Of a stretch of 64,000 nucleotides of DNA, positions 34,986-44,745 are shown piece after piece. Below the pieces are notes generated by a model, which did no database searches, had not been told where the DNA came from, and saw nothing but the letters and a program-made list of their open reading frames with translations. Source of the DNA: Gemmatimonadota bacterium (GTDB taxonomy: Bacteria; Gemmatimonadota; Gemmatimonadetes; Gemmatimonadales; Gemmatimonadaceae); the NCBI GenBank assembly GCA_003152485.1, contig PMAE01000041.1:20235-84234 (forward strand), given 5' to 3'. Numbering within the stretch: position 1 is the stretch's first letter; every line of letters begins with the position of its first letter. Made by a program: the position numbers and the translations under genes.

Positions 34986-36062
34986 ATGAACCGCCTTGTC
35001 CCGATTCTCGCAGCCACGATCCTCACCGTCGGTGGTGGATTGGCACTGGTCATCGCGCCCCCGCACCCGGCGAGCGTCGCGACGCACGCGACAGGCCGCC
35101 CAGCAGCACCGCTCGACGACGAAGGACCATTCACGGGCTTCGACGGCAATACCGGCTGGATCAACTCGCGGCCACTCTCCGTCGAGGGGCTCCATGGGCG
35201 GGTGGTGGTCGTTGGTTTTTGGGCATTCGAGTGTAGCAACTGCTTGGCGGCGCTTCCCCACGTGAAATCGCTCGAGTCCAAGTTTCGCGACCGAGGTGTG
35301 GTGGTCGTCGGCGTGCACACACCGGAGCTCTCTCAGGAGCGGGTGGAGTCCAATGTGCGCGACGCCGTCCGGCGTTACGGGGTCGTCTACCCGGTCGCGC
35401 TCGACGGCAACAACCGGATCTGGAACGCCTTCAACAATCGGTACTGGCCCGCCATATACATCGTCGATACGCGTGGCCGCGTCCGGTACCACCACTTCGG
35501 AGAAGGCGCGTACGACGAGCAGGAGCAGGTGGTCCAAACGCTGCTCGACGAGGCCACGCACGAGCAGGCCGACAGCGGGCACGCCCATAAGTTCGCGGGC
35601 TACCACAAGCCGAGCGACACGGAACTCAAGAAGCGACTCACGCCGATTCAGTACTCGGTGACGCAGCACGATGACACGGAGCTGCCCTTCCGCAACCAGT
35701 ACTGGGACAATCACGAGCCGGGTATCTACGTCGATGTGGTGTCCGGCGAACCGTTGTTCAGCTCTCTCGACAAGTTCGAGTCGGGGACCGGATGGCCAAG
35801 TTTTACCAAGCCACTGGATTCCGCCAACGTGCAAACCCGGGGCGACAATTCGGCCGGCATGGCGCGCACCGAGGTTCGATCCGCCCACGCGGATTCACAC
35901 CTCGGACATGTCTTCGATGATGGACCGGAACCCTCCGGCCTGCGCTACTGCATGAACTCGGCGGCCATGCGTTTCATCCCGGTCAAGCAGTTGACCGCGG
36001 ACGGCTACGGCGAGTACGCTCGGCTGTTCACGAGCTCCGAGGGAACTGCCGCACACCGCTGA
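34986..36062 (+). CDS. msrB: exported thioredoxin-like (redoxin) domain fused to methionine-R-sulfoxide reductase MsrB
   Basis: N-terminal TM/signal segment. [10 protein letters not shown] (CxxC). MsrB motifs [17 protein letters not shown] and RYCMNS. Confidence 0.9.
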   Translation: MNRLVPILAATILTVGGGLALVIAPPHPASVATHATGRPAAPLDDEGPFTGFDGNTGWINSRPLSVEGLHGRVVVVGFWAFECSNCLAALPHVKSLESKFRDRGVVVVGVHTPELSQERVESNVRDAVRRYGVVYPVALDGNNRIWNAFNNRYWPAIYIVDTRGRVRYHHFGEGAYDEQEQVVQTLLDEATHEQADSGHAHKFAGYHKPSDTELKKRLTPIQYSVTQHDDTELPFRNQYWDNHEPGIYVDVVSGEPLFSSLDKFESGTGWPSFTKPLDSANVQTRGDNSAGMARTEVRSAHADSHLGHVFDDGPEPSGLRYCMNSAAMRFIPVKQLTADGYGEYARLFTSSEGTAAHR

Positions 36063-36104
36063 CGGGCGCTCGGATCCACGCACGACGCGCGGACCGCCGG
36101 ACGC

Positions 36105-37868
36105 TCAGGGCCCGAACGACACCGTGTAGTCGTGGATGCTGCTTCGCCGCGCGACCGGAAAATGCCAGACGAATACGCGGTGCACGATGCAGGACTCGAC
36201 GTCCGTGGGGACCGCGGCGCTCCAGCTCCGATCGACCACCGTGGCACGCATCACCTCGCCGGAATCGCTAAGTGAGATGCGGACGGTGACGTGTCCGCTC
36301 AACGACGGGTTGATGCTCAGGCCGTATTGCGCGTAGCACGCGGTCACCGATGACTCGCGGCGGTGTGTCTCGGTCGTGAACTCGGCGTCGGACAACCCGC
36401 CGTCATCGACCGCGGCCGCTGCGGCCGGCGGGCCTGTAGCAGGTGCGGGTGTCAGGGGCGACGACGCGGGTGCTGTCGCGATCGCCGGAGATGGAGATGT
36501 TGTCGCAATCGCCGGCGGAGGTGGCGTGGCCCGTGCTGGAGCCGGCGGCACGTTCGAGGATGCGGTAGATGTGGGCGCGGGCGCGATCACCGGCGTGGTC
36601 GTAGCGACGAGCCCCACGGTAATGGTACGAACCGGCGCGCGAACATTGACGGTAGTGGTGCGTGCCGCCGACGGTCGAGCGGTATCTCGCGCCGCAATGG
36701 CCGCGGTCACGGCGGCTGGCGGCGATGGAGGAGCGGCGACACGCAAGGTCGCTGACGCCGGGACAGGTCGCTGTACGACGTTCGTCGTCGGCGCGGCCAC
36801 CGTCGGTGCGGTCATGGCCGGTAGTGAACGGGCATCCACTGATGGGACGGCAGGAGCCGCCACTTTGACCGCAGGTGCCGCTGCCAATGTCGCCGTAGTG
36901 AGCACCGCTGCAGGGACCGAGGGCGGCGGTGCAATCAACGGTTGTGCGACGGCCGACTCCGGCACGAGGGGCGGCTCGGGTGGTCCCGCTACCGGCTGCG
37001 CCGGCGCCAACGTGACCAACGACGGCGCCGCTGACGCAATCTCCGTCACGCGAACCGGTGCAGACGGTACGGTCGGAGCGGGCGGCGCGGCGGCTGGCGA
37101 GCTGTTGCCGGTCACGCGCGGTGTTGCGGGCGATGGTGTTGCGGGCGATGGTGCGGGTTGCGGCGGGGCTGTTGCCACGACGAGCGCAGCGGCTCGCGCC
37201 GTGCTGTCCGACACTCGGCTCGCCATCATCTCACGCGCCGCGCGCGCTGCCTCCCGAATCGCGGGCACGACAGGGCGGAGCGCCGGAGCGAAGAACGTCG
37301 TGGACACTACGTCGGGGCCCAACTCGCCGATCTTCACGACAAGGGTCGGCGGGTCGGTCCGCGGCCGCGAGATGAGAACGAAATCTCCGAACGCGAGTTG
37401 GTCGCGGGTGGAGGTGGTATCGGGCCGCTCGCGGCGCGTGACGGCTTGCTGCAGGCTGTCAGCCATTAGTGGCTCGGCGAGCGCGGCCCACCGGTCGGCC
37501 TCTTCCGCGGTCAGCGTCACCGGCTGCGCAAAGGCGTTCCGGAATCCCGACGAGGCGTACACCAGCACGGTGCCTTCGTCGGTCGCCCGAAGCCACACGT
37601 AGACGTTGGCGTTCTGAAACATCACCATCTCGCGCATGTCGGTCACGCGCGATGGCGAACGCACGGGGACTGCGGATTGCGAAATGGCCAGACGCGGCCA
37701 ACACACCAGCGTCGCCATCGCCGCGAGGGCGACGAGCGGGACCCGCACTCGCCGTAGTGATGGCGCGCGACTCGCGCACGCCGATCGATGCGTCGGGTAC
37801 CGTCGCGCTAGCCGAGTCCCAACGAGACACCGCACAATGGCTGACGCGCAGCCAGGTCGCGAGGTCAC
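36105..37868 (-). CDS. Pro/Ala-rich exported protein with AgmX/PglI-type (TonB_C-like) C-terminal domain
   Basis: The C-terminus ...SVTACYAQYGLSINPSLSGHVTVRISLSDSGEVMRATVVDRS...VESCIVHRVFVWHFP resembles the AgmX/PglI C-terminal domain. A long low-complexity P/A/T linker precedes it. The start is uncertain. Confidence 0.65.
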   Translation of the reverse strand: MTSRPGCASAIVRCLVGTRLARRYPTHRSACASRAPSLRRVRVPLVALAAMATLVCWPRLAISQSAVPVRSPSRVTDMREMVMFQNANVYVWLRATDEGTVLVYASSGFRNAFAQPVTLTAEEADRWAALAEPLMADSLQQAVTRRERPDTTSTRDQLAFGDFVLISRPRTDPPTLVVKIGELGPDVVSTTFFAPALRPVVPAIREAARAAREMMASRVSDSTARAAALVVATAPPQPAPSPATPSPATPRVTGNSSPAAAPPAPTVPSAPVRVTEIASAAPSLVTLAPAQPVAGPPEPPLVPESAVAQPLIAPPPSVPAAVLTTATLAAAPAVKVAAPAVPSVDARSLPAMTAPTVAAPTTNVVQRPVPASATLRVAAPPSPPAAVTAAIAARDTARPSAARTTTVNVRAPVRTITVGLVATTTPVIAPAPTSTASSNVPPAPARATPPPPAIATTSPSPAIATAPASSPLTPAPATGPPAAAAAVDDGGLSDAEFTTETHRRESSVTACYAQYGLSINPSLSGHVTVRISLSDSGEVMRATVVDRSWSAAVPTDVESCIVHRVFVWHFPVARRSSIHDYTVSFGP

Positions 37869-37944
37869 TCGTGACGCTGTCGCCTACGCCGCCGACGCGC
37901 GGCGTTCTACGCCAATCCCCTCCGCGTTCCACGCCAGACCGGCC

Positions 37945-40125
37945 TCACGGGCTGGGACGCGCCGCGGTCGACAGCTCGGGGACGAGATACTTGGCGTACC
38001 AGTCGAGATACCGTCGCAGCCGATCGACGCGGAAGCTCGGTCGGGTGATGCCGTGAAACTGACCGGGATAGATGATGAGCTGCGTCGGGATGTTGCGCGC
38101 GCGCAGTGCCTGGTACATCTGTTCGCCGCCGATCAGCGGCACGTTGAAATCTTTGTCGCCACCAAGGAACAGTGTGGGAGTTGTGATGCGCGTGACATGG
38201 AAAAACGGATAGGACAGCTTGATCCAGAGGTCGGGGTGTTCCCAGGGCTGACCCAATTCCGCCACGTATTGCAGGATGTATTCATCCTCCCCGTACATCG
38301 AAAGCTGGAGCGCGCTGCCAGCTCCGCTGGTCGCCGCTTTGAACCGCGGATCGGTCGCGATCGTATAGTCGGTGAGAATGCCGCCGTAGCTCCATCCGCC
38401 GATGCCGAGCTTGGCCGGATCCGCAATGCCAGCCGCCACGACATGATCCACCGCGCCCAACAGATCGACGACTTCCTTGTGCCCCCAATCGGCCAGGATC
38501 GCCCGCTGGTATTGCGCGCCCCGACCCGCGCTCCCGCGGTAGTTCGGCGAGATGACGAGATACCCGTTGGCCGCGAATAGCTGGCGCTCGAAGCTGAAGT
38601 CGTGTTGGTCCTGGCCGTTCGGGCCGCCATGGATGCGGAGCAGCATGGGGTAGCGTCGGCCGGCCATTGATCGGGCTGGTTTGACGAGGATACCGTGCAC
38701 GTCGGTCCCATCCTTGCTGCGCGACGCGAAATCCTCGGTGGTCCCCAGTTGGATCCCGGCGAGCCATGCGTCGTTCCGATGCGTGAGCCGACGTACCGTC
38801 CCGTGCTCGATGGCGCACACCTCGGGCGGGGTGCTGTCCGTCGAGACGAGTGCCGTGAGCGCGTCGTCGTGCCCGAGCGAGATGCCCGCGACGACGAGCG
38901 GGCCGGGGAGGAGTCGTGTCACTGTCCCGCTTCCCGCGTCGACCCGCGCCGGATAGACGGACCGGTCATCCTCGACGAGCACCGTGATCGCGTGGCCGTC
39001 AGCCGACCATTGCGGCTCGGAGGCCCCGCGGTCGAGCGGCGTCGTCAATACTCGGGGCTCCCCTCCCGATGCGGGCACCACGGCAAGCTGGAATTGGTCG
39101 TAGGCGTTCATCTTCGGGTCGGCGCTGCCTCGCACGTACGCGATCGCGGCACCGTCGGGACTCCACGCCAGCCGTCCGGCAGTGGGCGGGTTATCCGGTC
39201 CTGCCCACGTCGTGAGTTGGACGGGTACCGAGCCTGGCGCCGTGTCCACGACGTAGACATCCCAGTTTTCCGCGCGATCCACGTCCGCCGGCGCCCGTTT
39301 GCTTACGAACGCGAGTCGTCGCCCATCGGGAGACCATGACGGGTCGCCCTCATCGAACGCGCCGGGTGTGAGAATCCGGGTCGCGTGCGTCGCGACGTCG
39401 AAGATGTAGAGGTGGTCGCGCTTCTTGCCGAGATATCCGACGATGTCTTCTTTGAAGTGAAATCGGTCGATGACGATTGGCTTCGGCTTAGTGCCCGCGG
39501 CTCGCGCTTTTGCGGCGCTGGTGTCTGTCCGCGTCGAGTCAGTGCTCGCGGCGTCGGGGTCATCTTCCACGACCAGCGCGATCCGCCGTCCGTCGGGCGA
39601 CCAACTATAGTCATCCACGTCGCCGCTGAAGTTGGTGACTCGTATACCTTCGCCGCCCTGCCGGCTCATCAGCCAGAGCTGTGTCGTCTCGTCGGCGTTG
39701 TCGCGGGCCGACAGAAATCCGATGTACCGACCGTCAGGGCTCCAGCGAGGTTCCGACTCGTTCGCGGTGTCGGTCGTGAGCTGGACTGTGGTGGCGCCGT
39801 CCCAGCTCGTCATCCAGAGCTGCGTGTGCGCCTTGTCCTGCGCTGAGTCGAGCGCGCCGACCGTATATGCCACCCACAGCCCATCCGGCGAGCGTTCTGG
39901 ACTGCGCACATCCTGCAGCCGATAGAGATCCTCGACGCGGAGTGGGCGTCGGGTGCCGCCGGTGTGGGCCGGCGCAGGTTGGGCCGGCGCTTGAGCGTCG
40001 GCCGACATGATCGCCGACCCCGTCGTGATTACCAGCAGGCACCCGGCGGCCGGACACCGGAAACGGGCAGCAGAATTGTAGAAGTGCATGGATCGAGTGA
40101 TTGATGTGAAGAGGAACCCGGACAC
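37945..40125 (-). CDS. S9-family serine peptidase (TolB-like propeller + prolyl-oligopeptidase domain)
   Basis: Repeated ...SPDG...A/F... propeller blades. Nucleophile elbow GGWSYGG. ATG 40089 is an alternative start. Confidence 0.9.
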   Translation of the reverse strand: MSGFLFTSITRSMHFYNSAARFRCPAAGCLLVITTGSAIMSADAQAPAQPAPAHTGGTRRPLRVEDLYRLQDVRSPERSPDGLWVAYTVGALDSAQDKAHTQLWMTSWDGATTVQLTTDTANESEPRWSPDGRYIGFLSARDNADETTQLWLMSRQGGEGIRVTNFSGDVDDYSWSPDGRRIALVVEDDPDAASTDSTRTDTSAAKARAAGTKPKPIVIDRFHFKEDIVGYLGKKRDHLYIFDVATHATRILTPGAFDEGDPSWSPDGRRLAFVSKRAPADVDRAENWDVYVVDTAPGSVPVQLTTWAGPDNPPTAGRLAWSPDGAAIAYVRGSADPKMNAYDQFQLAVVPASGGEPRVLTTPLDRGASEPQWSADGHAITVLVEDDRSVYPARVDAGSGTVTRLLPGPLVVAGISLGHDDALTALVSTDSTPPEVCAIEHGTVRRLTHRNDAWLAGIQLGTTEDFASRSKDGTDVHGILVKPARSMAGRRYPMLLRIHGGPNGQDQHDFSFERQLFAANGYLVISPNYRGSAGRGAQYQRAILADWGHKEVVDLLGAVDHVVAAGIADPAKLGIGGWSYGGILTDYTIATDPRFKAATSGAGSALQLSMYGEDEYILQYVAELGQPWEHPDLWIKLSYPFFHVTRITTPTLFLGGDKDFNVPLIGGEQMYQALRARNIPTQLIIYPGQFHGITRPSFRVDRLRRYLDWYAKYLVPELSTAARPSP

Positions 40126-40209
40126 GGCTGTTGAAGGCGGTGCGGCGGATCGGCGATATTTGAAAATGTGTCTATGCTGTAGCGGCGACTCCGCGGGTCG
40201 CCACTCAGG

Positions 40210-41016
40210 TCAGCTACGCGTATCGACAGAATGCGCGTGGCGCCACATCGCGCCGACGAACGAGCCACGCGTCACGAGTCGAGCGGCAGATTTTTCGAGG
40301 ACACCCCAGCGACCGACCACGGGGGGCGTTGCCGACCATGCGTACACCGGCGTCCGCGGCACCGCCAGCGCATCGCCGCTCCACCGCGTGCACACCACGA
40401 AGCCAAGTCGATAGCCCGCGGCCCGAGCCAGTGCCCGCTCGCGCGGACCGGCCGCTCCATACGGGTAGGCGATCGCGAGCACGGGGGTGCCGAGCGCCGC
40501 CTCCAATGTCGCGCGCGACCGCGTCAGCTCGATGGCCGCCTGGTCCGCTTCGAGCCAGGAGAGCCGGGGATGTGTGGCGGTATGCGAGATGAACTCGATC
40601 CCCCGTCGTTGCCAGCGAACCACGTCGCGCCACGCCAGATGCGCGAAGCGCCGGCCACCAATTGCCACGTCCCATCGGTTGAGTCGGCCCGCATACTCCG
40701 TGATCACGGCGCATGCGGCCGTAAACCCCACATCCGCCAACGCCGGGAACGCGTAGTCCCTGAGCCCCCGATATGCATCGTCGAATGTGATCGCGAACTC
40801 ACGGTCACCCACCGGTCGTGTCCCCGCCACCGTGCCCGCGAGCTCGCGGAGGGTCAGCGTACGCCACCCGGCGGCGGCGAGCGCTTCGATCTGCCGCGCA
40901 AATCGACGCGGCGAGAGCCGGGTCAGCCCGATTTCGCTGCGGCAGTCCACTTTGTGATACACCAGGACTGGCGGGATACGCCGCGGCGGCATCTGCATAT
41001 AGGTCAGCTGGCCCAT
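40210..41016 (-). CDS. polysaccharide deacetylase (NodB-homology) family protein
   Basis: ITFDDAYRG and HTATHP motifs. The start lies among ATG 41016, 40998 and 40992. Confidence 0.8.
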   Translation of the reverse strand: MGQLTYMQMPPRRIPPVLVYHKVDCRSEIGLTRLSPRRFARQIEALAAAGWRTLTLRELAGTVAGTRPVGDREFAITFDDAYRGLRDYAFPALADVGFTAACAVITEYAGRLNRWDVAIGGRRFAHLAWRDVVRWQRRGIEFISHTATHPRLSWLEADQAAIELTRSRATLEAALGTPVLAIAYPYGAAGPRERALARAAGYRLGFVVCTRWSGDALAVPRTPVYAWSATPPVVGRWGVLEKSAARLVTRGSFVGAMWRHAHSVDTRS

Positions 41017-41165
41017 TCGCGCCCACCAAATCGAAGATCGTTCCCCGCCGCCCGCTATATAATGGTGCACGTCCCGACGCCTCACTGCGCGTCGTCCGCC
41101 CGCACCGCACGCGGGGAGCCAGCTTGACCACCATCGATCCACCGAAGAATCAGGTGACGCAGATT

Positions 41166-42587
41166 GTGAGACATTCCACGCCCCGGGTCAATCCCTACGC
41201 CGGCTGCAAGGGCGCCCCCGCGCGATTCGTCTCGCTGCCCCGCGTCCTGGCGACCATGGCCGTTGCGGCGACGCTGGCTGTGGCCGCGCCGCCCGCGCTC
41301 CGCGCGCAGTCCCCGGCACCGTCGAACGAGCTGAGCGCCGCGATCGATCGCGCCGTGATCGCGGTCTCGGCCAAGGTGGTCGCGTGGCGGCGTGATATCC
41401 ACGAACACCCTGAGCTGGGCAACCGCGAATTCCGTACGTCCAAGCTCGTCGCCGATCACCTTCGGTCGCTTGGCATGACCGTGCGGACCGGCGTAGCCCA
41501 CACCGGCGTCGTCGGCATCCTGCGGGGCGGACGCCCCGGCCCCGTCGTCGCGCTGCGCGCCGACATGGACGCGCTACCCGTCACCGAGCCCGCGGGCCTT
41601 GCCTTCGCGTCTACCGTGCGCACCACGTACAACGGTCAAGACGTGGGAGTCATGCACGCGTGTGGCCACGATACCCACACCGCGATGCTCATGGGTGTGG
41701 CCGAGGTGCTCGCCAGCGTACGGCGCGACCTGCCCGGCACCGTGGTCTTTCTGTTTCAGCCCGCCGAGGAGATGGCGCCGGCCGGTGAGGACGGCGGCGC
41801 GGAGCTGATGGTCCGCGAAGGCGCGCTCGACGACCCGAAGCCGGACGCGGTGTTCGGCCTGCACGTGGTCCCATACGTGATGGGCCACGTGCTCTATCGA
41901 TCGGGCCCATTCATGGCGAGTAGCGATCACATCACCATCGTCGTCCACGGTCGCCAGACGCACGGCGCACTACCGTGGAAGGGCGTGGACCCGATCGTCG
42001 TCGCGGCGCAGATCGTGACTGGACTCCAGACGGTCATCAGCCGGCAGACCGATCTGACGGCCGGTCCGGCAGTCGTCACGATTGGCAGCATCCACGGCGG
42101 CGTCCGCGACAACATCATTCCCGACAGCGTCGTCATGCTGGGCACGATCCGAACCTTCGACTCGACGGCCCGCCGCGAGATCCGCGAACGCGTCAAACGC
42201 ACGGCCGAGATGATCGCCCAGAGCGCCGGCGCCACGGCGGACGTCAACGTCGAGCTCCACTACCCGGTCACGGTCAACAACCCCGCGCTCACCGCGGAAA
42301 TGCTACCGACGCTCCGGCGGGTCGTCGGTGACAGCGGTGTGGTCCAAGGGCCGCTCGTGACGGGCTCCGAAGACTTCTCATTCTATGGCCTGCGCGCGCC
42401 CGCGATGTACGTCCATTTGGGCATCACCCCGCCGGATTCCAATTGGAGGACTGCGGCGCCGAACCACTCGCCCAAGTTTTACGTGGATGAGGACGCGTTT
42501 CCGACAGGCATGCGGGTCCTCGCCCACCTCGCGGCAGACTATCTGCAGACGGGACACGCAGCGTCGAGCACGACTGGCTCACCCTGA
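41166..42587 (+). CDS. M20D-family amidohydrolase, exported
   Basis: HEHPELGNRE, DMDALP and MHACGHDTH motifs. The N-terminus is signal-like. The start is uncertain (GTG 41166 or ATG 41256). Confidence 0.85.
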   Translation: MRHSTPRVNPYAGCKGAPARFVSLPRVLATMAVAATLAVAAPPALRAQSPAPSNELSAAIDRAVIAVSAKVVAWRRDIHEHPELGNREFRTSKLVADHLRSLGMTVRTGVAHTGVVGILRGGRPGPVVALRADMDALPVTEPAGLAFASTVRTTYNGQDVGVMHACGHDTHTAMLMGVAEVLASVRRDLPGTVVFLFQPAEEMAPAGEDGGAELMVREGALDDPKPDAVFGLHVVPYVMGHVLYRSGPFMASSDHITIVVHGRQTHGALPWKGVDPIVVAAQIVTGLQTVISRQTDLTAGPAVVTIGSIHGGVRDNIIPDSVVMLGTIRTFDSTARREIRERVKRTAEMIAQSAGATADVNVELHYPVTVNNPALTAEMLPTLRRVVGDSGVVQGPLVTGSEDFSFYGLRAPAMYVHLGITPPDSNWRTAAPNHSPKFYVDEDAFPTGMRVLAHLAADYLQTGHAASSTTGSP

Positions 42588-42626
42588 CCGACCGAGGGCC
42601 AGCGGCACTGTTCCCCGCGGCGCCGC

Positions 42627-43301
42627 TCAGGGAACGCCGCGGTTGGTCACCGTGACGCTGTCGGCCATCCGGTTGATTTCGTTCGTAATCGCGATCCAGG
42701 TGCTTTCGTTGGCCTGATTGATCCGATCCAGCTTGGTCAGGATGTTGAGGCGCTCGCTCTGGCTGACTCGGGGTTGTTGCGCGGAGTCGAATGACGCGGT
42801 GATGCGTTCGAGGATCGCGTGGTGTGCGCTCTCGGCCGCTTCCAGAGCTGATCGCCGCCATTCGATGATCTCGAGTCGCGCGGCGTCGCCCGGTGGGCGA
42901 CCCGGTGCGAAGGTCGCGGATCGTGCCGCGATGGTGCCTGCCCGCGCTCGCGCCATCGCCGCCCGGATGCCCACTTGGTCCAGGTACTGGCGCGTGAGCG
43001 TGTCCCGCGCGTCTTGCTGGTCTTCCGCATCCCGGGCCATCGCTTCCCGGTGCAGCCATTCAGCGGGCCACGCCGAGCCGGAGTACAATCGGTTCGTGCC
43101 CGTCGAGTGCCTAGTCGACGACGCCATTGGCGTGAGGTTCCCCGTGGTCGGCGGACATTCAGGCGGCCGGGGCTGCGGCGGCACCACGGCGCATGCCGCG
43201 CCGGGCAAGGGACGGGGCGGTCCGGATGGCGTGGCGGATTGACTCGATGCGCCGGCCGCCGAACACACCAGCGCGCACAGCGCGACTCGTATTGTCTTCA
43301 T
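42627..43301 (-). CDS. hypothetical secreted protein
   Basis: ATG 43301. Signal peptide MKTIRVALCALVCSAAGASS, then a helical charged C-terminal half. No recognised domain. Confidence 0.55.
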   Translation of the reverse strand: MKTIRVALCALVCSAAGASSQSATPSGPPRPLPGAACAVVPPQPRPPECPPTTGNLTPMASSTRHSTGTNRLYSGSAWPAEWLHREAMARDAEDQQDARDTLTRQYLDQVGIRAAMARARAGTIAARSATFAPGRPPGDAARLEIIEWRRSALEAAESAHHAILERITASFDSAQQPRVSQSERLNILTKLDRINQANESTWIAITNEINRMADSVTVTNRGVP

Positions 43302-43366
43302 GGCGTGGGGTGGATAGCGTCGTCGGACAACCAACCCCTTTGCCCATTGTATACTAGTTCAGACCA

Positions 43367-43402
43367 GACGACAGGCACGACGACAGGCACGACGACACGG
43401 AC
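43367..43402. repeat. three tandem 12-bp units plus a downstream inverted copy
   Basis: GACGACAGGCAC x2 followed by GACGACACGGAC. GTGCCTGT at 43422..43429 is the reverse complement of ACAGGCAC. Confidence 0.85.
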
Positions 43403-43443
43403 CCGCGTTTCCCGTATCGCCGTGCCTGTTCCCGCCGCGGCAC

Positions 43444-44481
43444 TCACGGATTGGGCGATCCGGCGGGATCGACCGACGTCTGCGACCGCGCCCCGCTCCC
43501 CCCGGTCGCCGGACTGACAGACGTCGCGGGTGCGCCACATGCAGCGGTCGCCACGCCTGAATCCCGTTCTGCGCGCCAGCCATCGACTTGGTCGGCGAAC
43601 TGCTGGCCAAGCGCGGCAACATCGACCGGCTGGATATCCGCCGCATCGCGACGCCCCGCCACCCGAGCCAGGCTGACCCCGGCCTTCGCGTAGGAACTGT
43701 CGGCATTGAGCGCGTCCTGATACGCGGCCGCCGCGGCAGTCACGTATCCGCTGCGCTCGAGCGCAATGCCGAGATTGTTGTGAAACACGGCCTGTCCGGA
43801 GTCGAGCTGCACTGCGCGGGCGAGTGGTCCCGTCGCATCACCGTACTTCCCTCCGTCGATCAATAGGAGGCCCATGTTGTTCATCGACCAGCTATCTGTC
43901 GAGTCGAGCATGATGGCCGACCGGTACGCGTCGATGGCTTCGTCTCGATGACCGAGACCGGCCTGGACTCGGCCGAGCACGCGCCATGCTTCACCTGAGC
44001 TGGAGTCGGTCGCAAGGACTTGGTTGATACGATCCAGCGCATCGCCCGGACGCTGCTCTTCGAGCAGCACTCGGCTCAAGTTGATGAGACTCTTGGCGTG
44101 CGTCGGATCGCGAGCGAGCGCCGCCTCGAACGCGTCGCGTGCCTTGTCGAGCTGTCCCGCCTTCCAGGCCGAGACGCCGAGCATGTAGTGGCCCCACACG
44201 TTCTCCGGATGCCGGACCGTGTATGCGTCGAACATGGGGACCGCGTCGGCATACCGATGCGCCGTGAACGCCGATTCCGCCGTCGCGTACGACACATTTG
44301 CGGGGACGGTTGGTGTCGTGGACGACGGAGTGGACGTCGGCGCCGGACTGGTCGTCGCCGCAGCGTTCGACACGTCGCTGTCCGCCGGCCGACGGGTGCC
44401 GCGCGAGCCGCCGCATGCGGCCGCCAATAGGGTTGCCATCACGGTGATCGCGATGGCTCGGGCTTGGGTGTGCGCGTACAT
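43444..44481 (-). CDS. TPR-repeat lipoprotein
   Basis: Lipobox LLAAACGG followed by several TPR units (...YADAVPMFDAY..., GQLDKARDAFEAALARDP...). Confidence 0.85.
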   Translation of the reverse strand: MYAHTQARAIAITVMATLLAAACGGSRGTRRPADSDVSNAAATTSPAPTSTPSSTTPTVPANVSYATAESAFTAHRYADAVPMFDAYTVRHPENVWGHYMLGVSAWKAGQLDKARDAFEAALARDPTHAKSLINLSRVLLEEQRPGDALDRINQVLATDSSSGEAWRVLGRVQAGLGHRDEAIDAYRSAIMLDSTDSWSMNNMGLLLIDGGKYGDATGPLARAVQLDSGQAVFHNNLGIALERSGYVTAAAAAYQDALNADSSYAKAGVSLARVAGRRDAADIQPVDVAALGQQFADQVDGWRAERDSGVATAACGAPATSVSPATGGSGARSQTSVDPAGSPNP

Positions 44482-44557
44482 AAATCCTCCTGCAGTATCG
44501 CGCTCGCCGGTGGTACTCGAGCGCTCGTCTGGTGATGCAGTGAACGACGCTCAGAAG

Positions 44558-44573
44558 GGCAAGGGGATGACCG
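44558..44573 (-). promoter_or_regulatory. weak candidate sigma54 promoter upstream of the TPR lipoprotein gene
   Basis: The minus strand reads CGGTCA-TCCCC-TTGCC, with GG/GC in the correct register and a good -12 TTGC. It lies 77 nt upstream of ATG 44481. Confidence 0.25.
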
Positions 44574-44670
44574 CGCCACACCGCGTTCCGACGAGTACAT
44601 CGAACTGCGTAGTACGCTAGGAGTTACGACGGCAGCGCGGTGGTCGGCCAGCAGCCGCGGGGGCCGCGTT

Positions 44671-44720
44671 GTGTCGAATCGGACACGTCCAGGGAGCGGC
44701 CACGTGTCCATCCGGACACG
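44671..44720. promoter_or_regulatory. cluster of GTGTCC/GGACAC inverted repeats (candidate enhancer)
   Basis: GTGTC-N6-GACAC at 44671..44686 and CGTGTCC-ATCC-GGACACG at 44703..44720. The cluster sits between the RR2 stop and the TPR gene. Confidence 0.3.
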
Positions 44721-44745
44721 GGCCACCGCTGGGAACGTCGCCGAG

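Noticed and set aside
36376-37602. 408-aa plus-strand ORF (Ala/Gly/Thr-rich)
   Set aside because: It is the mirror image of the low-complexity Pro/Ala linker of the minus-strand AgmX/PglI-type gene and has no independent evidence.
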